Assembly (NCBI GenBank): GCA_963780475.1
Contig: CAWACB010000008.1
Span: 707,030 to 771,029, forward strand
DNA length: 64,000 nucleotides
Origin: an uncultured Solirubrobacterales bacterium
GTDB lineage: Bacteria; Actinomycetota; Thermoleophilia; Solirubrobacterales; JBBDJG01
Direction of reading: 5' to 3'
Shown in pieces: positions 8,107 to 17,260 of the stretch. A model generated the notes under the pieces. The model was not told where the DNA came from, ran no database searches, and saw only the letters and a list, made by a program, of their open reading frames with translations. Positions within the stretch are counted from its first letter, which is position 1. The number at the start of each line of letters is the position of its first letter. The position numbers and the translations under genes are program-made.

Positions 8107-10089
8107 CTACCAGTGCACGCCTCTCATCAGGTGCGCGAACGCGATCGCCTCTGTGCTCGGCTGCGCGTCCTTCTTCTTGTCGTCGCCCTGCGCCGCGGCG
8201 CTCTCGGGGAACAGCTTGAACGCCGTGTTCAGGATCGCGTCCATGGCCTTCGGCGCGGTCGCGTAGAGGACCTCGCCGAAGTTGCCCAGACGCGTCGCGA
8301 TCTTCTTCTGCCGGTAGATCATGGCCCGGGAGATCATGTCCGCGGCCTCCTCGGGAGTCGCGGTCGGGAAGGCGTCGTAGATCCCGGTCGGCGCGATCAT
8401 CGGCGTCTTCACCAGCGGCATGTAGATGGTCGTGATGTGCACGCCGTCCTCGACGATCTCCGATGCGATCGAGCGGGAGAACGCATCCAGCGCGCTCTTG
8501 CTCGCGACGTAGGCGGAGAAGCGCGGGGTGTTGGTCTGCGCGCCGATCGAGGACACGTTGATGATGTGGCCGAAGCCGCGGTCGCGCATCCCCGGCAGGA
8601 ACCCGAGGATCAGCTTCAGCGCCCCGAAGTAGTTCAGCTGCATCGTGCGCTGGTAGTCGTGGAAGCGGTCGTACGAGCGCTTCACGGAGCGCCGGATCGA
8701 GCGCCCGGCGTTGTTGACCAGGATGTCCACCCGCCCGTGCTGCGTGAGGATCTCATCGATCAGCCGGTCGATGTCCTCGAGCTCCGACAGGTCGGCTGGA
8801 TGGATGTGCGCCACCCCGCCCAGCTCCTCGATCTCCGACTTCACCTCCTCGAGCTTGTCGGCAGACCGCGCGACCAGCAGCACGATGCCGCCGGCCTCCC
8901 CGACCCGCAACGCGGCCGCGTGCCCGATGCCGCTCGAGGCGCCGGTGATGACGACCACCTTCCCCTCGACCGCGCCGCGCAGGCTGCGGTCCCGGAACAG
9001 GTCCGGGTCGAGGTTGCGCTCCCAGTAGTCCCACAGCCGGTCGGCGTATCCGTCGAGCGAGGGAACCGAGATGCCGGTTCCGTCGAGCGCGCGCTGCGTG
9101 TCGCGCGAGTCGTAGTCGCTCGGGTAGTCGATGTACGACAGCGTCTCGCGCGGGATCCCGAAGTCGCCCAGCACCTGATCGATGATCGACTTCACCGGCG
9201 GCAGCTGAGCGATCGCCTTGCGCGCCGACTTCGGCACGACGTTGGTCATCTGCCGGTCGATCCGCATCGCGAACTCGGGCGCATGCGCGGCACGCGCGAA
9301 CGTGTTCATCACCTGACCCGCCGACTTCGGCGAGGGGTCGGTGAGGTGGAACGCCTGTCCGTCGAGGCCGCCGGTGTGCGCGATGTGGTCCATCGCGGCC
9401 GCGACGAAGTCGACCGGCACGATGTTGATCGTCCCGCCCTCGAGGCCGACCACCGGTACCCACTGCGGCACCAGCGACCGCAGCCGCTGGATCACCTTGA
9501 AGAAGTAGTAGGGCCCGTCGATCTTGTCCATCTCGCCGGTCTGCGAGTGGCCCACGACGATGCCCGGCCGGTACACGCGCCACGGCACCTTGGTCCGCTC
9601 CCGCACGAGCTTCTCGGACTCGTACTTGGTGCGCGAGTAGGGGTCCTTGAGCTTCTGGCCCTCGTCGAACATGTCCTCGCGGAACAGGCCGCGGTAGCGA
9701 CCGGAGACCGCGATCGAAGAAGTGTGGTGAAAGTGCTTGGCGCCCAAGTCGTTCGCGAGCTCGACCGCGTGCGCCGTCCCATCGACGTTCATCCGCTGGT
9801 TCGTCTCGTCGTCCGCGGACATGTCATAGCTCGCCGCGAGGTGGAAGAAGTGGTCGACCCCTTCGAGCTTCGCGCGGTCCTCCTTCGAGACACCCAGCGC
9901 CGGAGCGCCGAGATCTCCCACTACCGGGACGACGCGGCTGTCTGCGGCCGCCCAGCGCGACTGCAGCTCCTCCAGCCGCGAGAGCGAGCCCTCGCGAACC
10001 AGCACGTAGATGGTTCCCTCCCGCTCGAGCAGGCGCTCGACCAGGTGCCTGCCGATGAAACCGGTGGCTCCAGTGACGAAGTACTTCAT
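8107..10089 (-). CDS. two-domain fatty acyl-CoA reductase (N-terminal FAR/thioester-reductase domain + C-terminal classical SDR), Rv3391/Marinobacter FAR type
   Basis: Intact 660-aa ORF. MKYFVTGATGFIGRHL Rossmann motif and YSRTKYESE catalytic motif in the N-domain. Second Rossmann VVVITGASSGIGHA with YVASKSAL in the C-domain. Confidence 0.9.
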   Translation of the reverse strand: MKYFVTGATGFIGRHLVERLLEREGTIYVLVREGSLSRLEELQSRWAAADSRVVPVVGDLGAPALGVSKEDRAKLEGVDHFFHLAASYDMSADDETNQRMNVDGTAHAVELANDLGAKHFHHTSSIAVSGRYRGLFREDMFDEGQKLKDPYSRTKYESEKLVRERTKVPWRVYRPGIVVGHSQTGEMDKIDGPYYFFKVIQRLRSLVPQWVPVVGLEGGTINIVPVDFVAAAMDHIAHTGGLDGQAFHLTDPSPKSAGQVMNTFARAAHAPEFAMRIDRQMTNVVPKSARKAIAQLPPVKSIIDQVLGDFGIPRETLSYIDYPSDYDSRDTQRALDGTGISVPSLDGYADRLWDYWERNLDPDLFRDRSLRGAVEGKVVVITGASSGIGHAAALRVGEAGGIVLLVARSADKLEEVKSEIEELGGVAHIHPADLSELEDIDRLIDEILTQHGRVDILVNNAGRSIRRSVKRSYDRFHDYQRTMQLNYFGALKLILGFLPGMRDRGFGHIINVSSIGAQTNTPRFSAYVASKSALDAFSRSIASEIVEDGVHITTIYMPLVKTPMIAPTGIYDAFPTATPEEAADMISRAMIYRQKKIATRLGNFGEVLYATAPKAMDAILNTAFKLFPESAAAQGDDKKKDAQPSTEAIAFAHLMRGVHW

Positions 10090-10155
10090 CGCTCCCCCAT
10101 CAACTCCCCTCGTAGTTCACCTCAAGGCCCGTCACCGGGCGCACGCCGCATTCTT

Positions 10156-11220
10156 CTACAAGAACGCCGAGCCGCGACGTACGAGGTTCTCGTAGATCGC
10201 GCCCTGGATCACTTCGCGCACGCGCTCGGAGATCTCGAACACGAGCGACCGGTCCTCCGCCGCCTCCGGCCCGTAACCGGAAAGATCGATCGGCTCGCAG
10301 AACTCGATGCGCCAACGCGAGGGCAGCGGAACGGTGCCGAACAGGCCGAGCGCGGGGAACGTCGGCGTGATCGGGAAGTACGGAGCACCGGTCAGCCGGG
10401 CCAGCAGGCGCGACTCGCCGAGCTTGGGGTAGGTCTCCTCCGAGCCGACGACGGCGACGGGCACGATCGGCGCGCCGGTGCGCAATGCGATCTCGACGAA
10501 TCCGCCGCGCCCGAAGCGCTGCAAGCGGTAGCGCTCGGAGAAGGGCTTGCCGGCTCCCCGGGAGCCCTCCGGGAACACCATCACCAGATGGCCCTGCTCG
10601 AGCAGGCGCATCGCGTTGAACGGCGATGCCACCACGCCGCCGACGCGGCGCATGAACGAGCTCACCCATGGAAGGCGGAAGGCCCAGTCCAGCACCATGA
10701 ACCGGGGCTGGCGCGGCAGGGGGTGGAGCTTCTGGATCGCGACCGACATCATGGTGGCGTCCCACGGGACGACTCCTGCGTGGTTGGCCACCAGCATCGC
10801 GCGGTCGTGGCCGGGAACGTGGTGCAGGCCCGTCGACTGCACCCGCCACCAGTGGTCGTACATGAACTCGAGAAGCGGGTAGACGATCTCGACGAACTCC
10901 TCGTCGTAGCCCCACTCGTCCTGCGCGTAGTCGCCGCGCATGCGGCGCACCGCGCGGTCGAGCACCTCGCGGCTCCAGCCGGGCATGGCGACGGCGGCGT
11001 GCTCGAGGGCGATCGGCAACTCGAACCGGGCCGCCATCGCCTCGCGCAGCGAAGCGGGGCGCGCCGAGTCGGGCGGCACGTGGCCGTTGCCGGTGTGGGT
11101 GCGCGTCTCCGTGGGCGGCCGGCTCGCGGGACGGCGCCGCGGCGGTGGCTGGGGCACGCCGGTGTCCACCCGCAGCCGGCGGGCGCGTTCGTGCTGCGCG
11201 CGGGCGCGCTCGTCCGTCAC
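10156..11220 (-). CDS. PlsC/GPAT-family glycerolipid acyltransferase
   Basis: Intact 354-aa ORF. Acyltransferase blocks LVANHAGVVPWD and VMVFPEGSRG, and IVPVAVVG. GTGA start/stop overlap with the upstream gene at 11217-11220. Confidence 0.8.
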   Translation of the reverse strand: MTDERARAQHERARRLRVDTGVPQPPPRRRPASRPPTETRTHTGNGHVPPDSARPASLREAMAARFELPIALEHAAVAMPGWSREVLDRAVRRMRGDYAQDEWGYDEEFVEIVYPLLEFMYDHWWRVQSTGLHHVPGHDRAMLVANHAGVVPWDATMMSVAIQKLHPLPRQPRFMVLDWAFRLPWVSSFMRRVGGVVASPFNAMRLLEQGHLVMVFPEGSRGAGKPFSERYRLQRFGRGGFVEIALRTGAPIVPVAVVGSEETYPKLGESRLLARLTGAPYFPITPTFPALGLFGTVPLPSRWRIEFCEPIDLSGYGPEAAEDRSLVFEISERVREVIQGAIYENLVRRGSAFL

Positions 11221-12266
11221 GTCGGGCTCCCGCTACGGGTCTGCCGGAGGGCGCCGGTGGCGATCGGGCTGATCTGGGGAACGCCGAGCGCCGGGTCGCG
11301 GAACCCCGGCAGCACCCGGCGGCCGTGCAGGCCGCGCAGGAAGTCGTGGACCGCCTCCTCGGTGGTGCGCGGGCGGTAGCCGACCTCGTCCGTCAGGCGC
11401 GCGCAGTCGATCGTCAGCCCGTGGCGCAGCCAGCGGATCGCCTCCTCGGGCAGGCGCGGCAGGCCGAATCGCCGGGACACCGACAGGGCCGCGCCGAACA
11501 GCGGCGCCGGCACGGGCGCCGGAAGCTTGCCGGCGAGCCGCAGCAGGCGCACGAGTGAGACGCTGCCCTCGCCCGCCACGTTCACCGGTCCCGGGACCGG
11601 GCGCCGGACCGCCGCCTCGAGCGCGCCGACCGCGTCGCTCGCGTGGATGAACTGGAGCAGCGGGTCATAGCCGAGCTGGGTCGGCACGACGGGCTGGCGC
11701 AGCAGGCGCGTCAGCGGCGAGTCGATGTCGCTGCCGAGCGTGGGCTGGTAGCGCAGCATCATCACCGTCGTCTCGGGATAGCGGCGCGCGTAGTTCTCGA
11801 AGTAGCTCTCGAGCTCTCCGACGTCACGCTGGAAGCGCGTCCGGAGCGGGAAGCGGCGCGCCATGTCCTCGGTGAAGAACTCGGGGGCGTTCGGCTCGGC
11901 GCCGTAGATCGCGGCCGAGCCCCGCACCACGATCGTGCGCACGGTCGGCGCCTTCTCGCAGGCCGCGAGCAGCTGGAGCGAGCCGATCACGTTGATGTCG
12001 TGCAGCTGCTGGGGCGCCTTGCCGGGCTCCGCCGCCAGCAGCACGTCGCAATGGACCACCGTGTCCACTTCGGTCTGCGGCAACAGGCGGGTGATCAAGG
12101 GGTTCCGGATGTCCGCCCGGATGAACTCGGTGCGTTCCAGGTCGGCCGCAGGAGCCCGCACGTCGAGCCCCGCGATGTACTCGACCTCGCGGGAGCGCTC
12201 CAGCCGGCGCGCCAGCTCCGTCCCCCAGTAGCCGGACACGCCCGTGATCAGGACGCGGCGGCCCAT
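11217..12266 (-). CDS. NAD-dependent epimerase/dehydratase-family (extended SDR) protein
   Basis: C-terminal 349 aa of ORF 11217..12788, from MGRRVLITGVSGYWG (Rossmann). Extended-SDR-like sequence throughout. The ATG at 12266 overlaps the TGA that terminates the corrected upstream gene (TGATG). Confidence 0.8.
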   Translation of the reverse strand: MGRRVLITGVSGYWGTELARRLERSREVEYIAGLDVRAPAADLERTEFIRADIRNPLITRLLPQTEVDTVVHCDVLLAAEPGKAPQQLHDINVIGSLQLLAACEKAPTVRTIVVRGSAAIYGAEPNAPEFFTEDMARRFPLRTRFQRDVGELESYFENYARRYPETTVMMLRYQPTLGSDIDSPLTRLLRQPVVPTQLGYDPLLQFIHASDAVGALEAAVRRPVPGPVNVAGEGSVSLVRLLRLAGKLPAPVPAPLFGAALSVSRRFGLPRLPEEAIRWLRHGLTIDCARLTDEVGYRPRTTEEAVHDFLRGLHGRRVLPGFRDPALGVPQISPIATGALRQTRSGSPT

Positions 12267-12788
12267 CAGCTCTTCTTCGAGGAGCCGCTCGAGCGGCGGG
12301 CGGTCGAGCGCTTCGCGGTCGAGCGCTTCGCGGCGGTGCTCTTGCCGGCGGTCGAGCGCTTGCGCGGCGGTGCTCTTGCCGGCGGTCGAGCGCTTCGCGG
12401 TTGACGGCTTTGACGCGGTGCTCTTGCCGGCGGTCGAGCGCTTCGCGGCCGTGCGCTTCGCGGCCGGCTTGGCCTTCGCCGAGCGCTTCGGCTTGCCCTC
12501 CAGGCGGTCGACCCGGTCCTGGAGCGCATCGATCCGCGCGCGGAGGCGGCGAAGGTCCTCTCGGGTCGCGAATCGCAGATCGCCGAGGGCGCCACGGACT
12601 CGATCCGGCACCCCGGCGGCCGCCTCGGCTTGATGCTCGACGAGCTTGGTGGCGTCGTCGACCAGGTCCTGCGCGCGGCCCCGCGTCGAGCGCGCCGAGC
12701 CGCGCGTGCTCTCGACCGTCCGCTCGACGGCGCGCCGAACCGAGTCCGGCAGGGAGGGGGTCGGGGCCTTGGGCCGCTGGCGTGCCAA
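12266..12788 (-). pseudogene. PhaF/phasin-like coiled-coil protein with a Lys/Arg/Ala/Ser/Thr repeat tail (one 1-nt insertion)
   Basis: N-terminal part has a phasin-like motif (DLRFATREDLRRLRARIDALQDRVDRLEG), followed by KPKRSAKAKPAAKRTAAKRSTAGKSTA... repeats. Removing the extra G at 12362 restores ...AAKRSTAGKSTAAKRSTAKRSTARRSSGSSKKS-stop at 12266. As assembled the gene is fused in frame to the epimerase ORF. Confidence 0.6.
12306..12470. repeat. imperfect 33-nt tandem repeats (coding, 11-aa basic units)
   Basis: The unit gagcgcttcgcggcggtgctcttgccggcggtc occurs at 12321-12353 and again at 12354-12387 with one extra g (34 nt). Partial or variant copies flank these. Confidence 0.7.
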
Positions 12789-12804
12789 GCGAGGTGCCCG
12801 CGTC

Positions 12805-13305
12805 CTAGCCGGTGGGCCCGACGACGCCGGCCGTACTTGCGGAGTCCGCCGCCGGCCTGCGCGCAGCGGCGACCTCTTCCGTCAGGCGGTCGAGCCGCTC
12901 CTCGATCCGGTCGAGCCGGCTCGCGAGCTCCTCCGCGGGCGAGCGGGTCGAGGTCTTCAGGTCGGCGATCCGGTCTCCGACTCGCTCGACTCCGTCCTCC
13001 AGCTCCTCCAGCCGCTGCGAGACCGAGCGCAGCCGGCGAGCGATCTTCTCGACGTCGGACGCCGAGGGCAGGTTGAGCGCCGCCATCGCCTGCTGCTGCG
13101 CCTGGGCGAGCTTCTCGCGGGCGGTGAACGCCCCCGACAACGCCGAGTTGATCATCGGGTTCTCCAGCAGGTCGTCGGCCAGCTTGCCGACCGTCTCCTC
13201 GGCCTGGCTCGCCATCCGGGCGCGCAGCCCGGGCGTTTCCTCGGCGGGGCTGCCGTACTCGGCCCCGAGGTCTTCTGGGCTGTTCATTGGATCCTCTCTA
13301 TTCAT
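12805..13305 (-). CDS. phasin-like coiled-coil protein
   Basis: Intact 166-aa ORF. Heptad-rich sequence (SDVEKIARRLRSVSQRLEELEDGVERVGDRIADLK, LASRLDRIEERLDRLTEEV). First gene of the 13305-5818 same-strand block. Confidence 0.6.
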   Translation of the reverse strand: MNREDPMNSPEDLGAEYGSPAEETPGLRARMASQAEETVGKLADDLLENPMINSALSGAFTAREKLAQAQQQAMAALNLPSASDVEKIARRLRSVSQRLEELEDGVERVGDRIADLKTSTRSPAEELASRLDRIEERLDRLTEEVAAARRPAADSASTAGVVGPTG

Positions 13306-13447
13306 ATAGAAGCTTCATACGGAAGCGTCGTATGAATGCCGCGCCGGGGGAACCTAGCGCATTCCGGGGCAAGCGCCCAGGCTTCTGAGGGGCCTGCGGC
13401 GCGGCGGTTGCGAAATGGGGTCGAGCGGGGCCCGAAACCGCCTGAAA

Positions 13448-13484
13448 AGTCTCAAGTCAAACTTGAGGTTGAGACTACTTGAGG
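13448..13484. promoter_or_regulatory. nested inverted/direct repeats of ACTTGAG(G) in a divergent intergenic region
   Basis: CTCAAGT-caa-ACTTGAG hairpin (13451-13467). Alternative pairing of AGTCTCAA (13448-55) with TTGAGACT (13469-76). ACTTGAGG is repeated at 13461-68 and 13477-84. The segment is AT-rich relative to the background. Confidence 0.35.
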
Positions 13485-13843
13485 GTTGCTGACGGAAGCG
13501 TGCACCAGGTTTTCACACGACTTTCAGGAAACCTGGCTAGGTTGCCCCCATGGCGGCCCCGCAAAACGGCGAAATCGACGGCCCAAGGGCGACGCGGTAT
13601 CAAGGTGGCACGACCCGTAGCCGATCCAACTATCATGTCCCGAGTGGGAGGGCCGGAGGTTTCAACGGCTGCAGCCGCACCGGCGGCGCATACGCGCTGC
13701 CATTTCGCGTTGCAAAGGCACTCGGAAGCAGCTAGCGTGGCGCGCTTTACAGGTAGTCTGCGGCTCCTGCGCACCGACGCAGGCGCATCGCACCGAAACC
13801 TGACGCCAACCGACATTCACTGAACCACTGACCAGCTGAACGG

Positions 13844-16257
13844 ATGAGACGGAAGCTCACCTTCGCCGCGCTCACGATTGCGCTATTCCTGGCGGGCTTC
13901 GCCGTGGCGTCTTTCCCCGCGCTGGCCGAGCTGCGGACGATCACCATCACGCTGGTCGGCGGCCAGCAGATCGTCACCACCGTCGACGTGCCCCCGGGCA
14001 CGCGGGCGGACCAGATCCGGCTGCCCGAGGTGAGCGCTCCGATCGAGAGCATCGAGGAGGGCCCGGCGCCCGCGTCGCCCTCGAAGCCGAAGCACCGACA
14101 GCGCCGACGACGGCTTCGGCTCCGGCGACGACTCGAGCGACGGCACCGAGCCGCAAGCCGAAGAAGGACAAGGACGCCGCCGGCGAGTTCCTCGACGGCG
14201 CAGACCCTCAACCCGAGCCTGAGCGTGAGAAGGAGAGGACGGAGCCCGGAGCGATCCGGACACCCGACGGAACTCCGACGGCGGACAACCCGACGCTCAC
14301 CCTCGGCCTCCCCGGCCCGGCTCCGGTGGGCGTGCCGAACTTCGTCATCAACAAGTTCCGCATCCCGCCCTTCCTGCTTCCGATCTACCAGGCCGCCGGC
14401 ACGCAGTACGGCATCCGGTGGGAGGTCCTGGCCGCGATCAACGAGATCGAGACCGACTACGGCCGCAACCTGAACGTCTCCTCCGCCGGCGCGCTCGGCT
14501 GGATGCAGTTCATCCCGTCTTCCTGGCGCGCTTACGGGACCGACGCCAACGCCGACGGCGAGAAGGACCCCTACAACCCCGTCGACGCGATCTTCGCCGC
14601 GGCCCGTTATCTGAAGGCCGCCGGCGCCGACCAGAACCTGCGGCGCGCGATCTTCGCCTATAACCACGCCGACTGGTACGTCGACTCGGTCATGATGCGG
14701 GCGCGGATGATCGCCGGCCTGCCCGCCGACCTGGTCGGCTCGCTGACCGGGCTCACCCAGGCGCACTTCCCGGTCTACGCCAAGGCGCGCTACGCCGACG
14801 ACGTCTCCGAGCGCGACATCGCGCGGCTGAGCCGCAAGACGCGCAAGGCCCACAACGCTTCGGCTCTGGTCGACTCGCACGAGTCCCGGCGCTCGATCAA
14901 CATCTACAGCCGCCGCAACGCCCCGGTGATCGCGGTCAACGACGGCGTCGTCAAGAAGATCGGCGAGAACGATGACCTCGGCCGCTTCATCGTGCTGCAG
15001 GACGTCTACGGCAACCGGTTCACCTATGCGCACCTGGGCAGCGTCTCCAAGCGTTACCCGGTCCCGAAGGACAGCGACGCCTCCAAGCTGCGCGACGAGT
15101 TCCGCTCCGCGCGCGCCGCCGCCTCCAGGAAGCTGCCGAAGCCGACCGCTCCGGCGAGCGCCGGCACGCAGCGCACCAGCACGCCCGGCCGCTGCGGCGA
15201 GCGCCACGCAAAGCGAGCGTCCCGCGCCGCGCCCGCAGGCCGCCGCCGAGGCCGTCAAGGAGCGCCTGTTCGCCAACCCGACGCGCCCGCGGGTCCGGCC
15301 GATCGCCGAGGAGACGGGCCAGCTCGAGAGCTCGCGCTTCGAGACCTTCCGCGTCTACTTCTCCAAGGCGCTGCGGCTCGCGCCCTCCGAGGTCAAGCTG
15401 CGTCCGATGCGCAAGGGCGCCCGCGTCGCCGCCGGCACCATCCTCGGTCGCGTCGGCAAGGTCTCCGAAGGCCCCGGAGCGAAGCTCGCACCACACCTCA
15501 ACTTCTCGGTCCGCCCGGCGGGCCGTGGCGCGCCGCGGATCGACCCGAAGCCGATCCTCGACGGCTGGAAGCTGCTCGAGGCGACCGCCATCTACCGCGC
15601 CGCCGGCAAGAACCCGTTCGTCGCCGGCGACGCCGGACAGGTGCTGCTGATGTCGAAGGAGGCGCTGTCGCGCCGCGTGCTGGCCGACCCGGACGTCGAC
15701 GTCTACGAGCTGCGGCCGCGACGACATCCAGAGCGGGTCAGATCGACCGCCGCGTGCTCGCCACGCTCGAGTTCCTCGCGGCGTCGGGGCTCAAGCCGAC
15801 GGTCACCTCGCTCAAGTGCGGCCACAGCTTCTACTCCAAGTCGGGCAACGTCTCCGAGCACTCGTCGGGCAACGCGGTCGACATCGCCGCGGTCAACGGC
15901 AAGCCGATCCTCGGCAACCAGGGTCGCGGCTCGGTCACCGAGGACACGATCCGCAAGCTGCTGACGCTCCAGGGCCCGATGCAGCCGCACCAGATCATCT
16001 CGCTGATGGACATGGGCGGCCCCACGATGGTGCTCGGCGACCACGCGGACCACATCCACGTCGGCTTCCAGCCGCTGTTCGGCACCAACGAGAAGCTCGG
16101 CCGGGTGGCGCGCGAGGTGCTGTCCAGCAACCAGTGGGACAAGTTCGTCTCACGCCTGACCGACATCGAGAACCCGACCGTGCGCACGGCGCCGTCCAAG
16201 TACTCGATCAAGGTCAAGAAGCACAAGCGCTCCAGCGAAGCGCACGTCGGGGAGTAG
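13844..16257 (+). pseudogene. secreted multi-domain peptidoglycan hydrolase (lytic transglycosylase + M23/LytM-like + LAS/M15-like zinc peptidase); at least 4 frame changes
   Basis: Signal peptide MRRKLTFAALTIALFLAGFAVASFPALA. SLT-like domain (AAINEIETDYGRN..GALGWMQFIPSSWRAYG..AIFAYNHADWYV). M23-like segment (INIYSRRNAPVIAVNDGVV..FIVLQDVYGNRFTYAHLG ... PHLNFSVRPAG). C-terminal SEHSSGNAVDI and GDHADHIHVGF motifs. Frame changes near 14095, 14165, 15200 and 15715. Confidence 0.75.
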
Positions 16258-16270
16258 CCCAGGCCACTCC

Positions 16271-17114
16271 GTGGCGGGGCAGCTCTTCCCCTTTCTCCAG
16301 CTCGACTTCCCGTTTCCCCTGGGACCGGCCGACGGCCGCTACCTGGCACGGCCCGACAAGGAGGGCGGCGGCGTCGAGGTGATGGTGCTGCGCACGCTGG
16401 ACGCCGAGCGCAAGCCGGGCCGCCGGGCGCGCCGCGTCGAGGCCACTGAGGCCGAAGCTGAGGCGGCGCCCATCTTGCGCGTGACGGTGATCGGTGCGGA
16501 GGCCTTCCCGGGCGAGGAGGCCGCGAGGGAGCTGGCTGAAGGAGGCCTGCGACGACCCCGAGCCGGAGATGGAACGGGGCCTGCGGAGCATCAACCGGGT
16601 CCTGCACGGACACCGGATCGCCGCCCACGACCCGTACGTCCGCGAGGTATCGCTCGGCCAGGCCCACCGCGTGCGGATCGGGTTCGGCAGCGGCGACGAG
16701 CTGCTGGAGGGCTCGCATACGGAGGCCTTCCTGATTCCCGCGCGCCGCAAGAAGCGCCGCCAGATGCTCGAGCCCCAGAGCGAGCTGGCCGGCATCCTGG
16801 GCGGTCGCCGGCCCCCGCTTCCGAGCGAGGACCTGCTGCTCCGCGCCCGCCTCGACCTGCTCGAGGGCCGTATGCGCCAGGCGGCCATCCAGGCGGCGGG
16901 CGCCGGCGACGCGCTCGAGGCGGAGCTGCGCGACGACAAGTCGCTGCCGGCGGAGGCGCGCGCCTGGGTGGCGGAGCGCTGCCGCGTGCTGCGCGAGCTG
17001 GCCCGAGCGGCACTGACCGCCGAGCCACGAGGAAGGCGCCGCGAGCGAGATCGACGACATCGTCGCCGGGATGGAGCGAATCGTCCGGCGCCGGAGGCTG
17101 GCGGCGGGGAGTTA
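16271..17114 (+). pseudogene. conserved-looking hypothetical protein (at least 2 frame changes)
   Basis: AGQLFPFLQLDFPFPLGPADGRYLARPD... continues in another frame as WLKEACDDPEPEMERGLRSINRVLHGHRIAAHDPYVREVSLGQAHRVRIGFGSGDELLEG..., then ...EIDDIVAGMERIVRRRRLAAGS-TAG (17112-17114). No family recognised. Confidence 0.4.
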
Positions 17115-17260
17115 GCGCCCGGCGACGCCAGAGCGGAGGGCCGCGGCGCCGCGGGGGCCGAGCTCGTAGGGAGGCGGCACAGTTTCGCGCGTTCGCGGCA
17201 CGTCTCCCACGCGCTAACGCGACGCGGGCGTGCCCGATCAACTGGCGCCGCCTCCGCCGC

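Noticed and set aside
8095-11379. 1094-aa plus-strand ORF, the longest in the track
   Set aside because: It lies antisense to the intact FAR and acyltransferase genes. Its composition is dominated by Arg/Asp/His/Val/Leu with no recognisable domain. This is a typical shadow ORF of a high-GC genome.
11217-12788. 523-aa ORF apparently fusing a phasin-like protein to an epimerase
   Set aside because: The fusion depends on one extra G (12362) in a 33-nt repeat. The corrected frame ends at a TGA overlapping the epimerase ATG.
13747-15276. 509-aa minus-strand ORF across the hydrolase gene
   Set aside because: It is antisense to clear SLT/M23 coding sequence and has low-complexity Arg/Gly/Ala composition.
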